Part shown: piece after piece, positions 51,769 to 62,122 of the stretch
How the letters are laid out: every line of letters starts with the position of its first letter
How positions within the stretch are numbered: the first letter of the stretch is position 1
NCBI GenBank assembly: GCA_902826695.1
Contig: CADEFU010000013.1
Coordinates: 1 to 64,000, forward strand
From: an uncultured Alphaproteobacteria bacterium
Lineage (GTDB): Bacteria; Pseudomonadota; Alphaproteobacteria; Micropepsales; Micropepsaceae
Reading direction: 5' to 3'
Length of the DNA stretch: 64,000 nucleotides
The notes under the pieces: model-generated
The model's database searches: none
The model's input: the letters and a program-made list of their open reading frames with translations, nothing else
What the model was told of the DNA's origin: nothing
Program-made: the position numbers and the translations under genes

Positions 51769-51945
51769 GTTGCGGTGCCCAGTGATACGCGGGTGCGCAA
51801 AACAGATAGGCCGTCCAAGGGTTTACCCTAGTGTTGCGTCGTTCTGTCGCGAGAGGTGCCCGATGGCGTCCGGCTTGTCAACGGCGTGAGGCTGTCACAC
51901 TGGCGCCGGCACGTGCGTCATAGCGGGCAAGGAGGCCAAAATCTC

Positions 51946-52317
51946 ATGAAAATCCTGGCATTCATCTTGGCGGCCATGATGACCGCGAACGGTGCTTACA
52001 TGTTCGTCGATCCGCCCGGCTGGTACGCGGCGGTGCCCGGCGTGCCCGATACCGGACCGCTTAACCTTCACTTCGTGCGCGATATCGGGATCGCCTATTT
52101 CACCGCGGGCATTGCGGTCGCGTGGAGCGCATTGGGTGCCGGATGGCGGGCGAGTGCGCTTGGCGCGCTCTTCGTCGGTGGGCACTCCTTGTTGCACGCG
52201 GGTGAGACGTTCATGGGACATCATCACGATGTGCTTTTGAACGAGCTGATCGGCGTGCACCTGCCGGCGGTGCTCACGGTCGTGCTTTCGATTTGGCAAA
52301 GACGGAGTGCGTCATGA
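51946..52317 (+). CDS. Small membrane protein (123 aa)
   Basis: AAGGAGG ribosome-binding site and ATG at 51946. Three hydrophobic helices and a His-rich loop (GHHHD). Confidence 0.5.
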   Translation: MKILAFILAAMMTANGAYMFVDPPGWYAAVPGVPDTGPLNLHFVRDIGIAYFTAGIAVAWSALGAGWRASALGALFVGGHSLLHAGETFMGHHHDVLLNELIGVHLPAVLTVVLSIWQRRSAS

Positions 52318-52856
52318 ACCGGTGGCTGCTTACGCGATTGCTCGAGTGGAGCAAGACACAGATCGGCGACGTCAACATGGACTATGCCTATCATCTGCGT
52401 GATGTTGCGCCATCGCGGCTCTGGCGCTTTTCCATGATCAAGGTCGTCGAGGGCGGCCGTAAAGCCGTGCCGGCGGACGCGTATCATGCGGCGGGCATGG
52501 CGGCCGCGATGGTCGAGGACTGCGGGCCGTGCGTGCAAATTCATGTGAACCTCGCGCTCAAAGACGGCGTCAATGCGGACGTGCTTCGGATGCTTGCGGC
52601 GCGTACGCTCGACAAGGCGCCACCGCATGTTGCGCTCGCGTTTCGCTATGGCGATACGGTGAGCCGCGGCGAAGCGGCGGATGAGATGCGCGATGAGATT
52701 CGCAAACTTTGGGGCGAAAAGGGGTTGATCGAACTGGCGTTCACGATCGCCACGGCGCGGTTCTATCCCGCGGTGAAGCGGGGCATGGGCCTTGCCCATA
52801 CGTGCGAGCGCGTTGTGATCCACGATCGCGAAACGCTGACGGCAAAAGCGGCATGA
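52314..52856 (+). CDS. Carboxymuconolactone decarboxylase (CMD)/AhpD-like family protein
   Basis: CGPCVQIH is the CxxCxxxH signature of the AhpD/CMD fold. Start-stop overlaps (ATGA) with both neighbours. Confidence 0.5.
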   Translation: MNRWLLTRLLEWSKTQIGDVNMDYAYHLRDVAPSRLWRFSMIKVVEGGRKAVPADAYHAAGMAAAMVEDCGPCVQIHVNLALKDGVNADVLRMLAARTLDKAPPHVALAFRYGDTVSRGEAADEMRDEIRKLWGEKGLIELAFTIATARFYPAVKRGMGLAHTCERVVIHDRETLTAKAA

Positions 52857-53725
52857 ACCTCGATACCGCCTTTGAGAGTGAGCGCAAGCGGCTGACCGGC
52901 GTCGCGTACCGGATGCTCGGGCGATGGTCGGAGGCGGAAGACGCTGTGCAGGACGCATATCTGCGTTGGCAGGCGGCCGATCACGCCGCGATCGAGACGC
53001 CGGCGGCGTGGCTGACGACGGTGACCGTGCGCTTGTGCTTGGATCGAATCCGACGGGCGAAGGCTTCGCGCGAAGTCTACGTGGGACCGTGGCTGCCTGA
53101 GCCCATTCTCACAATGGAAGGCGGCGAGCGGCGCGAGGCAGAGATGGAATCGTTCGCGGACGATCTGTCGTTAGGGCTGATGGTCGTGCTGGAACGGCTG
53201 GGCCCGGAAGAGCGCGCGGCGTTCATTCTGCGTGAAGCGTTCGATAGTTCGTATGCGGAGATCGCCTCGGCCTTGGGGAAGAACGAGGCGGCCGTGCGTC
53301 AACTCGTGTCGCGGGCGCGCGAGCGTGTGCGGGCAGAGCGGCCGCGGTTTCGTGCGGCACCGGATGCGCATCAGCGGCTCATGAACGAATTCCTGTCCGC
53401 GGTTGCGGCGAACGATACGTCGCGCCTGGTTGCGATGATGACGAGCGACGTGCGCTTTGCGAGCGACGGCGGCGGCAAGGCACCGGCGGCTTTGCGGATT
53501 GTCGACTCCCCAGCCGAAGTCGCGCGGCTCATGCTGCATCTCGCCGGGGCGAAGGGCGGTCCTCAGGCGATACGATTCGTTACCGTGAACGGCGTGCCGT
53601 CCGTTTGGTTCCGCGACGGGCAAGGGTTCGAGACAGTCGCGCAGCTGGATGTCGACGGCGACAAGATCTGCGCGATCTATATCGTGCGCAATCCTGAAAA
53701 GCTTGCGCACCTGAAACTGCACTGA
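52853..53725 (+). CDS. ECF41-group RNA polymerase sigma factor (SigJ-like, with a SnoaL-like C-terminal extension)
   Basis: Sigma2 region DAVQDAYLRW, sigma4 HTH, and the ECF41 signature motifs YVGPWLPEP, DGGGK and NPEKL. Confidence 0.85.
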   Translation: MNLDTAFESERKRLTGVAYRMLGRWSEAEDAVQDAYLRWQAADHAAIETPAAWLTTVTVRLCLDRIRRAKASREVYVGPWLPEPILTMEGGERREAEMESFADDLSLGLMVVLERLGPEERAAFILREAFDSSYAEIASALGKNEAAVRQLVSRARERVRAERPRFRAAPDAHQRLMNEFLSAVAANDTSRLVAMMTSDVRFASDGGGKAPAALRIVDSPAEVARLMLHLAGAKGGPQAIRFVTVNGVPSVWFRDGQGFETVAQLDVDGDKICAIYIVRNPEKLAHLKLH

Positions 53726-53728
53726 GCG

Positions 53729-55477
53729 CTACTGGGCCCGCAACACCCGGCCGGGAAGCGCTCCTGTAGGCTTGTCGTGCTCAAGGATCGGTTGGCCCGC
53801 GACGACGGTGGCGAGGTAGCCCTTTGCTTCCTGCACGAGGCGCTTGCCGCCCGCGGGAAGATCGTAGGCCATGCGTGGCGCGCGCAGATGCAGGTTAGTC
53901 CAGTCGAGCACGTTGAGGTCGGCGACGGCACCGACGGCAATGCGGCCGCGGTCCTTCAGGCCCATGAACATGGCGTGGTCGAGCGTGATCTTTTTGACCG
54001 CTTCCTCCACAGACAGGCGGCCGCGGGCGCGGTCTCGCGCCCAATGGTGCAGGAAGAACGTCGTCCAGGCGGCGTCGGCGATCGTGCCGACGTGTGCGCC
54101 GCCGTCGCCGAGACCCAGATGGGCAGCTTCGTGGCGCATCATCTCGCCGGTCGAGTCGAGATTGCCGGCGTTGTAGTTGAAAATCGGAAAGTAGATGACG
54201 CCTTCGCCGTTGTGCTTCAGGAACGTGTCGTACATTTCCTCTTGGTTCGTCACACCACGGGCCTTGGCGCGGGCGCCGATGGAAGTTGATTCGGCGGGTT
54301 CGTAGTTCGGCGGGTCTCCCAACTCGAACATCTTGAACGCAATCATCTCGAACATGCCGATGGCCTGGTCGAGTTGCGGCGGCGAAGAGGGATCGACCTC
54401 GCGCATATTCAGGAACGGTTCGGCGATGATTGCGGCTTTGATTTCGGGCTTGCGCAATTCTGCCACGAGCTCGGCATGCGGCAAACGCATGATCTTGCGG
54501 TAGGTCGGCTTGGCGACGAAGAGGTTCATCGTCGTGCGCAGCGAACTCAAGATGCCGACGCCGCGCGGAGCGATTTGCATGCGCATGTCGAGGCCGCTCG
54601 CGCGCGCTTTCTCGACGCGGCGCTTGACGTGGTGCCACTGGTCAGGATTGCCGAGGCGCTCGAGCGTCGTCAGCGTCATCGGGCGACCGGCGGCGCGCGC
54701 CATCGCTTCCAGCACGTCGAACTCCGGCTCGAAGCGTTCGAGCCCCTTGAACATGTCGAAGTCGGAGACGGCGGAGAGAATGCGGTATGGCAGGTCTTTG
54801 AGTACGGAGGCGATGCCGCTCAGCTCCTGTATCTCGGCGATGCAGGCGGGCGTGTCCTTGCCGTCGGAGGTGCGGTGCGTGTCGGAGCGGCCGGTCGAGA
54901 AGCCGAAGGCGCCCGCTTTCAGCGCGTCCTTGACGATCGCCTTCATCGCGGCGACGTCGTCTTCATTGGCCGGCTGTTGCGCGGCGGCGCGGTCGCCCAT
55001 CACGTAGAGCCGCACCGGGTCATGCGGGATCTGCGAGGCGACGTTGATCGCGTGTGACTTTGCGTCGAGGCGGTTCAGGTAGTCGGCGAACGTCTCCCAG
55101 CGCCAGTCGAGGCCTTCGTAGAGGACAGTTCCGGGGATTTCTTCGACGCCCTCCATCAGCTTCACAAGGCGATCGGCGTCGCCCGGGCGGAGCGGCGCGA
55201 AGCCGACGCCGCAATTGCCCATCATGATCGAGGTCACGCCATGCCAGGACGACGGCGCCAGTGCCGAGTCCCACACGGCCTGGCCGTCATAGTGTGTGTG
55301 AATGTCGACAAAGCCGGGGGTCACGGTTGCGCCAGCCGCGTCGATCGTCCGGCGCGCAGGGTCGGCGACCTTGCCGACAGCCGCGATGCGGCCGTCCTTG
55401 ACGCCGATGTCACCGGAGAAGGCTGGCGCCCCGCTGCCGTCGACAATCGTTCCGCCTGTGATCTTTAGGTCGAGCAT
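53729..55477 (-). CDS. N-acyl-D-amino-acid deacylase (D-aminoacylase) family amidohydrolase
   Basis: N-terminus [16 protein letters not shown]...[10 protein letters not shown] and a metal-binding HxH motif. Confidence 0.8.
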   Translation of the reverse strand: MLDLKITGGTIVDGSGAPAFSGDIGVKDGRIAAVGKVADPARRTIDAAGATVTPGFVDIHTHYDGQAVWDSALAPSSWHGVTSIMMGNCGVGFAPLRPGDADRLVKLMEGVEEIPGTVLYEGLDWRWETFADYLNRLDAKSHAINVASQIPHDPVRLYVMGDRAAAQQPANEDDVAAMKAIVKDALKAGAFGFSTGRSDTHRTSDGKDTPACIAEIQELSGIASVLKDLPYRILSAVSDFDMFKGLERFEPEFDVLEAMARAAGRPMTLTTLERLGNPDQWHHVKRRVEKARASGLDMRMQIAPRGVGILSSLRTTMNLFVAKPTYRKIMRLPHAELVAELRKPEIKAAIIAEPFLNMREVDPSSPPQLDQAIGMFEMIAFKMFELGDPPNYEPAESTSIGARAKARGVTNQEEMYDTFLKHNGEGVIYFPIFNYNAGNLDSTGEMMRHEAAHLGLGDGGAHVGTIADAAWTTFFLHHWARDRARGRLSVEEAVKKITLDHAMFMGLKDRGRIAVGAVADLNVLDWTNLHLRAPRMAYDLPAGGKRLVQEAKGYLATVVAGQPILEHDKPTGALPGRVLRAQ

Positions 55478-55570
55478 GTGTTCACACCTTGCGCGCTATT
55501 TCCTACGCCGAGCTAAGCACACCTTTCCCCCCTCTCCAAAGGGCTTTGCGCCCATTGCCGATACGCAACC

Positions 55571-56323
55571 TCAGCTCTTTTTAACGGGCGACTCCCAGCC
55601 GTCGTAGTCGCCGCCCAACGCGATAGCGAGGTCGAACAGCCCCAACGTTACTTCGTTTATTTCGTTCCACGATGCATGGTCGTTGCGCACGATGCATGCA
55701 CCGAATTTGCGTTGTGCTTCACTGGGTTCTAGCTTCTCTCGCAGTGCGTAGCCGAGTTGAGTCGTGCTTTGGATGAACTCATCGCGCGCAGCCGCATCCG
55801 GGAAGTATGCCCAGTGCGCGATCTCGCGCTGTGCGGTGAGTTGATCGCCTTCTCGCTCCAGTATTTCGCAGACCTTTCGGTTCTCGATGCGCTGCCTGTC
55901 GCGCGCGCCTGGAGATAGATAGTCACGATAGGTCTTCCAGTCGGGTTCATCCCAGCCGCCAAGTTCGATCTGATAATCCGGGAACTTCTTCATTGCCGTT
56001 GCGGCTGCCTCGACGGCTCTGTCACCATCCGATGCATAGAAGAAGAAGTCGCGCCGCCCTGCGTAGGTGGCGCGCCCCACATAGATCGCATCGATACTGT
56101 CGAGCACCTCTTCAAGGGCATCCTCTACAGCCACGAGTGCGTCGAACTCTTCGCTGCTCGACAAGCCGTCCGGCCGCGGGCTGCGCATGAACACACGGAG
56201 ATAGATAAGCGCAGCGTGGCCGGCGACTGGCGCTTGTTTGGCGATGTCCTCGTTGAAGAAGATTGAACCGAGGTCGTCATCGATCTTGGTGAAGTAGAAT
56301 TCCCAGTGTCCGTCTTTTTTCAT
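55571..56323 (-). CDS. DUF695 / RraB-like domain protein
   Basis: The N-terminal half resembles DUF695; the C-terminal half (...AHWAYFPDAAARDEFIQ...) resembles the RraB regulator of RNase E fold. Assignment is moderate. Confidence 0.5.
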   Translation of the reverse strand: MKKDGHWEFYFTKIDDDLGSIFFNEDIAKQAPVAGHAALIYLRVFMRSPRPDGLSSSEEFDALVAVEDALEEVLDSIDAIYVGRATYAGRRDFFFYASDGDRAVEAAATAMKKFPDYQIELGGWDEPDWKTYRDYLSPGARDRQRIENRKVCEILEREGDQLTAQREIAHWAYFPDAAARDEFIQSTTQLGYALREKLEPSEAQRKFGACIVRNDHASWNEINEVTLGLFDLAIALGGDYDGWESPVKKS

Positions 56324-56358
56324 CCGCGGCCCCGCCTTGTAAGGGGCGGCAGCTTAGA

Positions 56359-58242
56359 TCAAATCTCGACCTGCGTGCCCATTTCGACGACGCGGTTGGC
56401 CGGGATGCGGAAGAAGCGGGTGGCGGAAAGCGCGGTGGCTTGCATGCCGATGAAGAGGGCGGCTTGCCAGCGGCGAAGTTCGGAGCGGCGCGCGGGGATC
56501 AGTGTCTCGCGGCCGAGGAAGAACGTGGTCTGCATCAGGTCGAACGAGAGGCCGAACTGGCGGCAGAGTTCGAGCGCGCGGGGGACGTCGGGACGCTCCA
56601 TGAAGCCGTAGTGGACGATGACCTGGTGGAAGCCTTTGCCGAGTTTCTCGACTTCGATGCGCTGGGCGTCGGCAACGCGGGGTATGTCTTCGACGTTCAC
56701 CTTCAACAGTACCACGCGTTCGTGGACGACGTGGTTGTGCTTCAGATTGTGCAGGAACGCGGTCGGGATCACGGCTGGGTTCGACGTCATAAAGACCGCC
56801 GTGCCGCTGACGCGTTCGGTCGTTCGGTCCCAGGTCTCGAGGAACTCTCTAATTGGCATGGCGTCGCGATAAAGCTTGGCGACCAGGATTTCGCGACCCC
56901 GGCTCCAGACCATGAAGGCTGAGAGCGATGCGACGGCGCAGACGATCGGCAGCCAGCCCCCGGAGGGAATCTTCAAGCTGTTTGAAGCCAAGAACAAGAT
57001 ATCGACGGTCAAGAACGCACCGAAGACCGCGTAGGTCAGCCAGCGGTTCCAGCCCCAGAGCCAGCGCGCGACGACGGCAGCGAGCAGACCGTCGATGGTC
57101 ATTGCGCCCGCGACGGCGAGGCCATAGGCGTGGGTCAGGTCGCTTGAGCTGCGGAACGAGATGACGATGATCGCAACGCCCACCATGAGCATATAGTTGA
57201 TCTGGGGGATGTAGATCTGGCCCATCTCCGTCGCCGAAGTGTGGCGGATGTCCATGCGCGGCAGGTAGCCGAGCTGAATCGCCTGACGGGTGAGCGAGAA
57301 GACGCCCGAGATCACCGCTTGCGAGGCAATGACGGTTGCGCAGGTCGCGAGCAGGACCATCGGATAGATGGCCCATTCCGGCGCCATCCGGAAAAATGGG
57401 TTCTTGATCGCCGATGGATCGGCGAGCAGCAGAGCGCCTTGGCCGAAGTAGTTCAAAAGCAAACAAACCGCGACGCCACCCCAGGCCATGAGGATGGGGC
57501 CACGGCCGAAATGGCCCATGTCGGCGTAGAGTGCCTCCGCGCCCGTCACGCATAGGATGAGCGCGCCTAAGGCCACAAACGTGATCCAGGGTTCAGCGAT
57601 GATGAGATCGATCGCGTAGCCCGGCCAGATCGCTGTCAAAATCATTGGGCGTTCGACGATCTCGACGATTCCCAGGACGCCCAACGTCAAGAACCAAGTC
57701 AGCATGACCGGGCCGAACAAGCGACTGACGCCCGCCGTGCCGCGGCTTTGGAACATAAAGAGCGCGATCAGGATCACGGTCGCGAGCGGAACGACAAAAT
57801 CGTCGAACGCGTGGGTCGCGACGCTCAATCCCTCGACCGCGGAGAGGACCGAGACGGACGGTGTGATCAAGGCGTCGCCGTAGAATAGCGAGAGGCCGGT
57901 CAACGCTAGAATCCAGATGATCCGCCGGCGGCGTGGGGCCGCGTGGCCGGTGCGCAGCGCAAGCGATGCCAGCGACAGCACGCCACCTTCGCCCTTGTTG
58001 TCGGCCCGCATCACGACCAAGCAGTACTTCAAGGTCACGACGATGATCAGCGACCACACGGTCAGTGAGAGCACGCCGTAGACCGATGCCTCGTTCAAGC
58101 CCATGCTACCGGTGAACGTTTCACGCATCATGTAGAGCGGGCTGGTGCCGATGTCGCCGAACACGACACCAAGCGCAGCGAAGGCCAACGCGCGCTTGCG
58201 CGCGTTTTTCACTTTCTCATCGGTGGTGGCGCTGGTGTCCAT
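56359..58242 (-). CDS. kup: Potassium uptake protein Kup
   Basis: ALGVVFGDIGTSPLY N-terminal signature and 12 TM helices. Confidence 0.95.
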   Translation of the reverse strand: MDTSATTDEKVKNARKRALAFAALGVVFGDIGTSPLYMMRETFTGSMGLNEASVYGVLSLTVWSLIIVVTLKYCLVVMRADNKGEGGVLSLASLALRTGHAAPRRRRIIWILALTGLSLFYGDALITPSVSVLSAVEGLSVATHAFDDFVVPLATVILIALFMFQSRGTAGVSRLFGPVMLTWFLTLGVLGIVEIVERPMILTAIWPGYAIDLIIAEPWITFVALGALILCVTGAEALYADMGHFGRGPILMAWGGVAVCLLLNYFGQGALLLADPSAIKNPFFRMAPEWAIYPMVLLATCATVIASQAVISGVFSLTRQAIQLGYLPRMDIRHTSATEMGQIYIPQINYMLMVGVAIIVISFRSSSDLTHAYGLAVAGAMTIDGLLAAVVARWLWGWNRWLTYAVFGAFLTVDILFLASNSLKIPSGGWLPIVCAVASLSAFMVWSRGREILVAKLYRDAMPIREFLETWDRTTERVSGTAVFMTSNPAVIPTAFLHNLKHNHVVHERVVLLKVNVEDIPRVADAQRIEVEKLGKGFHQVIVHYGFMERPDVPRALELCRQFGLSFDLMQTTFFLGRETLIPARRSELRRWQAALFIGMQATALSATRFFRIPANRVVEMGTQVEI

Positions 58243-58264
58243 ATTGGCGCGTGCCGGCGACGCT

Positions 58265-59251
58265 CTAGGCCTTCGTCCGCTCGCGAATCATCTGCATCTG
58301 GCGCACGATCACCTCGGCTTGGCGGATCGAGGCGAGATCGATGAGTTTGCCGTTCAGCGCGACGGCACCCATGCCCTTGGCTGCACCTTCCTTCATCGCG
58401 GCGAGGATCGCTTCGGCGCGTTTAACCTCATCGGCTGGCGGCGTGAACACGCGGTTCGCGAGAGCAACCTGGCTTGGGTGGATTGCCCATTTGCCTTCGC
58501 AGCCGAGGACTGCCGTGCGTTGTGCCTGGGCGATGAAGCCCGCTTCGTCGGAGTAATCGCCGAACGGGCCGTCGATGGGCCTGAGGCCGTGCGCGCGCGC
58601 GGCGGCCACCATGCGCACCGTCGCGTAATGCCAGAGGTCCGACCAGTGCTGGTCGCGCTTGCCCGCTTCGTCCTTGTCGGTCAGGACGACGTAGTCCTTG
58701 TTCGGACCGCCGATGTTCGTGGTGCGCATGCCGGCTGAGGCGGCGTAGTCGGCGGAACCGAAGTGGAGCGACTCAAGCCGCTTGGAAGCGCCGGCGATCG
58801 CATCGATGTTGTTGAGGCCAAGAACGCTTTCGATGATGACTTCGAGTTTGACTTTCTTCTTGCGACCGATTCCCGCTTCGATCTGCGAGATCAGCATGTC
58901 GATCGCATAGACGTCGGCGGCGACGCCGACCTTTGGGATCATGATCAGGTCGAGGCGTTCGCCCGCCTGCTCCATGATGTCCACGACATCGCGGTAGCAA
59001 TAGTGGGTGTCGAGTCCATTGATGCGCACGGAGATCGACTTCGAGCCGAAGTTCACCGTCTTGAGCGCTTGAATGACGTTGGCACGCGCCTGCGGCTTGT
59101 CGGCGGGGGCGACACTGTCTTCAAGATCTAGACAGATGACATCGGCGTCGCTCGCCGCCGCTTTCTCGAACAGCGCAGGGCGGACGCCCGGGGCAAAAAG
59201 CTGCGACCGGTTCAGGCGCGGCGCAACACTTTCAACAGTGGTGAAGCTCAT
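58265..59251 (-). CDS. mcl: L-malyl-CoA/beta-methylmalyl-CoA lyase (HpcH/HpaI aldolase family)
   Basis: Near-colinear with Rhodobacter Mcl1 (RSQLFAPGVRPALFEK...DLEDSVAP.DK.QARAN...SVRINGLDT..YRDVVD...IMIPKV...GKWAIHP.QVALAN.VFTP...GKLID.ASI.QAEVIVRQ). Confidence 0.8.
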   Translation of the reverse strand: MSFTTVESVAPRLNRSQLFAPGVRPALFEKAAASDADVICLDLEDSVAPADKPQARANVIQALKTVNFGSKSISVRINGLDTHYCYRDVVDIMEQAGERLDLIMIPKVGVAADVYAIDMLISQIEAGIGRKKKVKLEVIIESVLGLNNIDAIAGASKRLESLHFGSADYAASAGMRTTNIGGPNKDYVVLTDKDEAGKRDQHWSDLWHYATVRMVAAARAHGLRPIDGPFGDYSDEAGFIAQAQRTAVLGCEGKWAIHPSQVALANRVFTPPADEVKRAEAILAAMKEGAAKGMGAVALNGKLIDLASIRQAEVIVRQMQMIRERTKA

Positions 59252-59384
59252 GTGATTGCCCCGTCTTCAGAATCGCGACGTTGGGCCCCCTCAAAAGAGG
59301 GGCGGAAGCTATGCCTCCCCTTAGACACAGTCAACGCGGCTTGCGACCCGCCTTCGCCAAGGCTTCGGCCGGGTGGGTTGACAA

Positions 59385-60335
59385 TTATGGTCGTCGAAGC
59401 TTTTGCGTAGACGACCGAACCGCCAAAGGGTGCTTTTCCGCGACTAGGCGTCTTAACCTTTCGTCCTGCACATGGGTGTAGATCTGGGTCGTTGCAATAT
59501 CTGCATGGCCAAGCAGTTGCTGGACGCTGCGTAGGTCGGCGCCATGCGCGACGAGATGGCTCGCGAAGGCGTGGCGCAAGACATGTGGAGAAAGTTTGCG
59601 CGGGTCGACGCCTGCCTTAACCGCGAGGTCCTTTAGCAACTGCGCGACGCGGCGGCGGGTTAAGTGGCCTTCTACACCGCGCGACGGGAATAGGAAGCGT
59701 TGTGCACGTTCCGACTGTGGGAGGAAGCGTGGGCGGACCTGCAGGTAGGCCTTGATCGACTCGCGCGCAGGTGCGCCGAGCGGGACCATGCGTTCCTTAC
59801 CACCCTTGCCTTTGACGAGGAGCATGCGGCGCTCACCGCTCGCTGCCGCGAGCGGAAGCGTTACGAGCTCAGACACGCGCAGGCCCGAGGCATAGAGAAG
59901 CTCGATGATACAGAGAAGGCGGACAGCTTCAGGGCCTTCCAAACCGGCTGCGGCATCGATGAGCGATTTGGTTTGGGCCTCTGTCACGACTTTGGGCAGC
60001 GGGCGACCACGCTTGGGTGACTCGATCGCGGACGTTGGATCGTCGGCGCGGATGTCTTCCTCGAGCAGAAAGCGGTGGAGTTGACGCAGCGCGGAGAGCC
60101 GGCGCGCTTGGGTGGATGCCTTCAAACCCGCGGCGGAAAGTGTGCCCAAGTAGGATTGGATGTCGGCGGCCGTGGAGGTCGTGAACGTGCGGCCCTTTCC
60201 GCGTAAGTGACCCGCGAAGTCGAGTAGATCGCGCCGGTAAGCATCGAGTGTGTGAACTGCAGCGCCGCGTTCGGCGCTCAGCATTTCTAAGAAGGACTCC
60301 AAAAGATGCAGGCCAACATCGCGCTTCTCCGTCAT
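59385..60335 (-). CDS. xerD: Tyrosine site-specific recombinase XerD (chromosome dimer resolution)
   Basis: R...HxxR...Y catalytic residues (LRHAFASHL...IYTHV). Its position next to accA and divergent from aroK-aroB is the conserved alphaproteobacterial xerD location. Confidence 0.85.
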   Translation of the reverse strand: MTEKRDVGLHLLESFLEMLSAERGAAVHTLDAYRRDLLDFAGHLRGKGRTFTTSTAADIQSYLGTLSAAGLKASTQARRLSALRQLHRFLLEEDIRADDPTSAIESPKRGRPLPKVVTEAQTKSLIDAAAGLEGPEAVRLLCIIELLYASGLRVSELVTLPLAAASGERRMLLVKGKGGKERMVPLGAPARESIKAYLQVRPRFLPQSERAQRFLFPSRGVEGHLTRRRVAQLLKDLAVKAGVDPRKLSPHVLRHAFASHLVAHGADLRSVQQLLGHADIATTQIYTHVQDERLRRLVAEKHPLAVRSSTQKLRRP

Positions 60336-62122
60336 TTGCGGCGCACTGGGCTTGCGAGCACCGTTTCGACGGCGATCGCACGTGCGTCGTCACGCAGGCC
60401 GACGTCGATCAACGCTTTAACGACGCGCACCACGGTTTGACCCTGGGCACGGGCGGGGCCGCTGGGACCGAGCGCGACAAGCGCGTTCAGGACGGTCTCG
60501 CCTTGCTTACGCTCCATCGCTGAGCGGGTTATTGCGGTCAGCGCTTCGGCGGAGACGCCAGCTGGAACCGCGCCTGCGGTGTTCGCGGAGACGGCCCACT
60601 GCGCGTCTGGCGGGATCGCGTAACCGAGAGCGGCGAGCAGCGGTATCTCGCGTGTCGCGCGATCCATCAGCCAATCCTTAGAGCCGCCGGGCTTGAGGGC
60701 GTTTTGACCGAGCCACGCGAGTGCTGCAGGCAAGCGCGCGGTGTTTTCCACCGACGGGCGCACGAGCGCGTGTTGCACTTGTAGCGCGTTCAATGTGGCG
60801 GCGTCGGTCGGCGAAGTCAGGACGGGGAGCCATTGCGCTGCGGCAGCGTCACGCTTTGTGTAGAGGAGAACGCGCGTGACGCTTGGCGCGAGCCACACTG
60901 TTTCCAGCGACGGTTTTGTTTGTTGCGCAATGCCAGCGCTAAGCGCCGCAAACAGCGCGAAGCGGTTTTGCAGCTCGGCGCGTTGAAGCGCGGCCGCAAA
61001 CGCGGAGGCGCGGGCGGTCGCCACCGTGCGGTGGGCGATCGCTTGGTAAAACAGCGCGTTGGCGCGCACGGGTGGCAACTTCGCCGCAGCTTCTTCGGGG
61101 TCGTCGAGTTGATCGGGCGTGAAGCTTTCGCTGTCGTAGAGCGCGCGCAATTCGTCGGCGGAAATGAGGCCGGCGAGGGCCGCGCGTTCCGCGGCCGTGA
61201 GGCGGAGCGTCGGGTCGGCTGCCTTCTGCACGAGCAACTGTGTGGCCGGCACCCAGCTTGCCAGCGTCGCGGGGGCGGCCTTGTTCGCCTGGCGCAGCAT
61301 CGCGAGATGAATGCCAGACGGTGCCGACAATCCTTTTAAGTCCGGCGCCGCATCGCCAGAAGCAAGCGCGTCGGCGAGGCTAAAGAACTCCGCGTCTTCG
61401 ATGTTGCGCTCATGCATGACGTTCAGCGTCAGGCTGGCGGCTTGTGTGTCGTTGGCCCTGAGATAGCAGAGCACGCGCAGCTTCAGCCAATACGGATCGT
61501 TCGATGATTGGCGCAGCGACGTGGCATCACCGCATGCGTCGGCGTCGCGGCCATGGAGCAGGAGCGCTTCGGCCCAGGCCTGGCGCGAGAACACGTCGGT
61601 GCGCGGGCTTTGGCTGCCTAGCATCACGACTTCGTCGATCAGGCCGCTGGCGAGGAGTTTGCGCAGGCGCTGTGCCAGGAACGATGGTTCGTCGGGCGGG
61701 GTTTCGCCTGCAGGCGGCGCGGCTTCAGTCAACAACACGCGCTTCAGCAGACTTCGCATCGCGGGCGAGGATGGTGCCGACGGCAGTTGCGAGATGCGCG
61801 CGGACATCGCGTGACGCGCGCTGCCTAGCCACATCTCGGCGGCGAGACCGCCTGCGTCGGGATTCATGAGACCGGCGCCTGCTGGATCGACGGCGCCGAG
61901 GTCGCTGACCGTCACGCGCGGGCCCGCAGGTGCGCCAGGCTTGTCGGGAAGGGCTTGCTCAGCCGGCGATCGAGGGGTTGTGACTGCAGGCGCGTCGGTC
62001 GACGGCGGCTCGGCTTGTGGCGTCAAACCGCGCGGCGCACCGGCAGCGTCCGGCTCTGCAGCGTGGGCGGATATCGCGAAGGCGAGGCTTAAGAGAAAGG
62101 CGTTAACGCGGGAACCGATCAT
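60332..62122 (-). CDS. Hypothetical secreted Ala-rich protein (596 aa), co-transcribed with xerD
   Basis: Signal peptide MIGSRVNAFLLSLAFAISAHA, no Cys, and an Ala/Leu-rich helical body (probably TPR/Sel1-like). Its stop overlaps the xerD ATG by 4 nt. Confidence 0.6.
   Translation of the reverse strand: MIGSRVNAFLLSLAFAISAHAAEPDAAGAPRGLTPQAEPPSTDAPAVTTPRSPAEQALPDKPGAPAGPRVTVSDLGAVDPAGAGLMNPDAGGLAAEMWLGSARHAMSARISQLPSAPSSPAMRSLLKRVLLTEAAPPAGETPPDEPSFLAQRLRKLLASGLIDEVVMLGSQSPRTDVFSRQAWAEALLLHGRDADACGDATSLRQSSNDPYWLKLRVLCYLRANDTQAASLTLNVMHERNIEDAEFFSLADALASGDAAPDLKGLSAPSGIHLAMLRQANKAAPATLASWVPATQLLVQKAADPTLRLTAAERAALAGLISADELRALYDSESFTPDQLDDPEEAAAKLPPVRANALFYQAIAHRTVATARASAFAAALQRAELQNRFALFAALSAGIAQQTKPSLETVWLAPSVTRVLLYTKRDAAAAQWLPVLTSPTDAATLNALQVQHALVRPSVENTARLPAALAWLGQNALKPGGSKDWLMDRATREIPLLAALGYAIPPDAQWAVSANTAGAVPAGVSAEALTAITRSAMERKQGETVLNALVALGPSGPARAQGQTVVRVVKALIDVGLRDDARAIAVETVLASPVRRK

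Noticed and set aside
59287-59302. Hairpin CCCCTC-aaaa-GAGGGG downstream of xerD as an intrinsic terminator
   Set aside because: Short 6-bp stem with no following U-tract on the transcribed strand. It could still act as a weak or Rho-independent-like signal in a high-GC genome, but the evidence is thin.
59385-60335. Tyrosine recombinase as a marker of a mobile element or integron
   Set aside because: The sequence and context (next to accA and divergent from aroK-aroB) match chromosomal xerD. There are no flanking att-like repeats, attC sites, cargo genes or IS elements.
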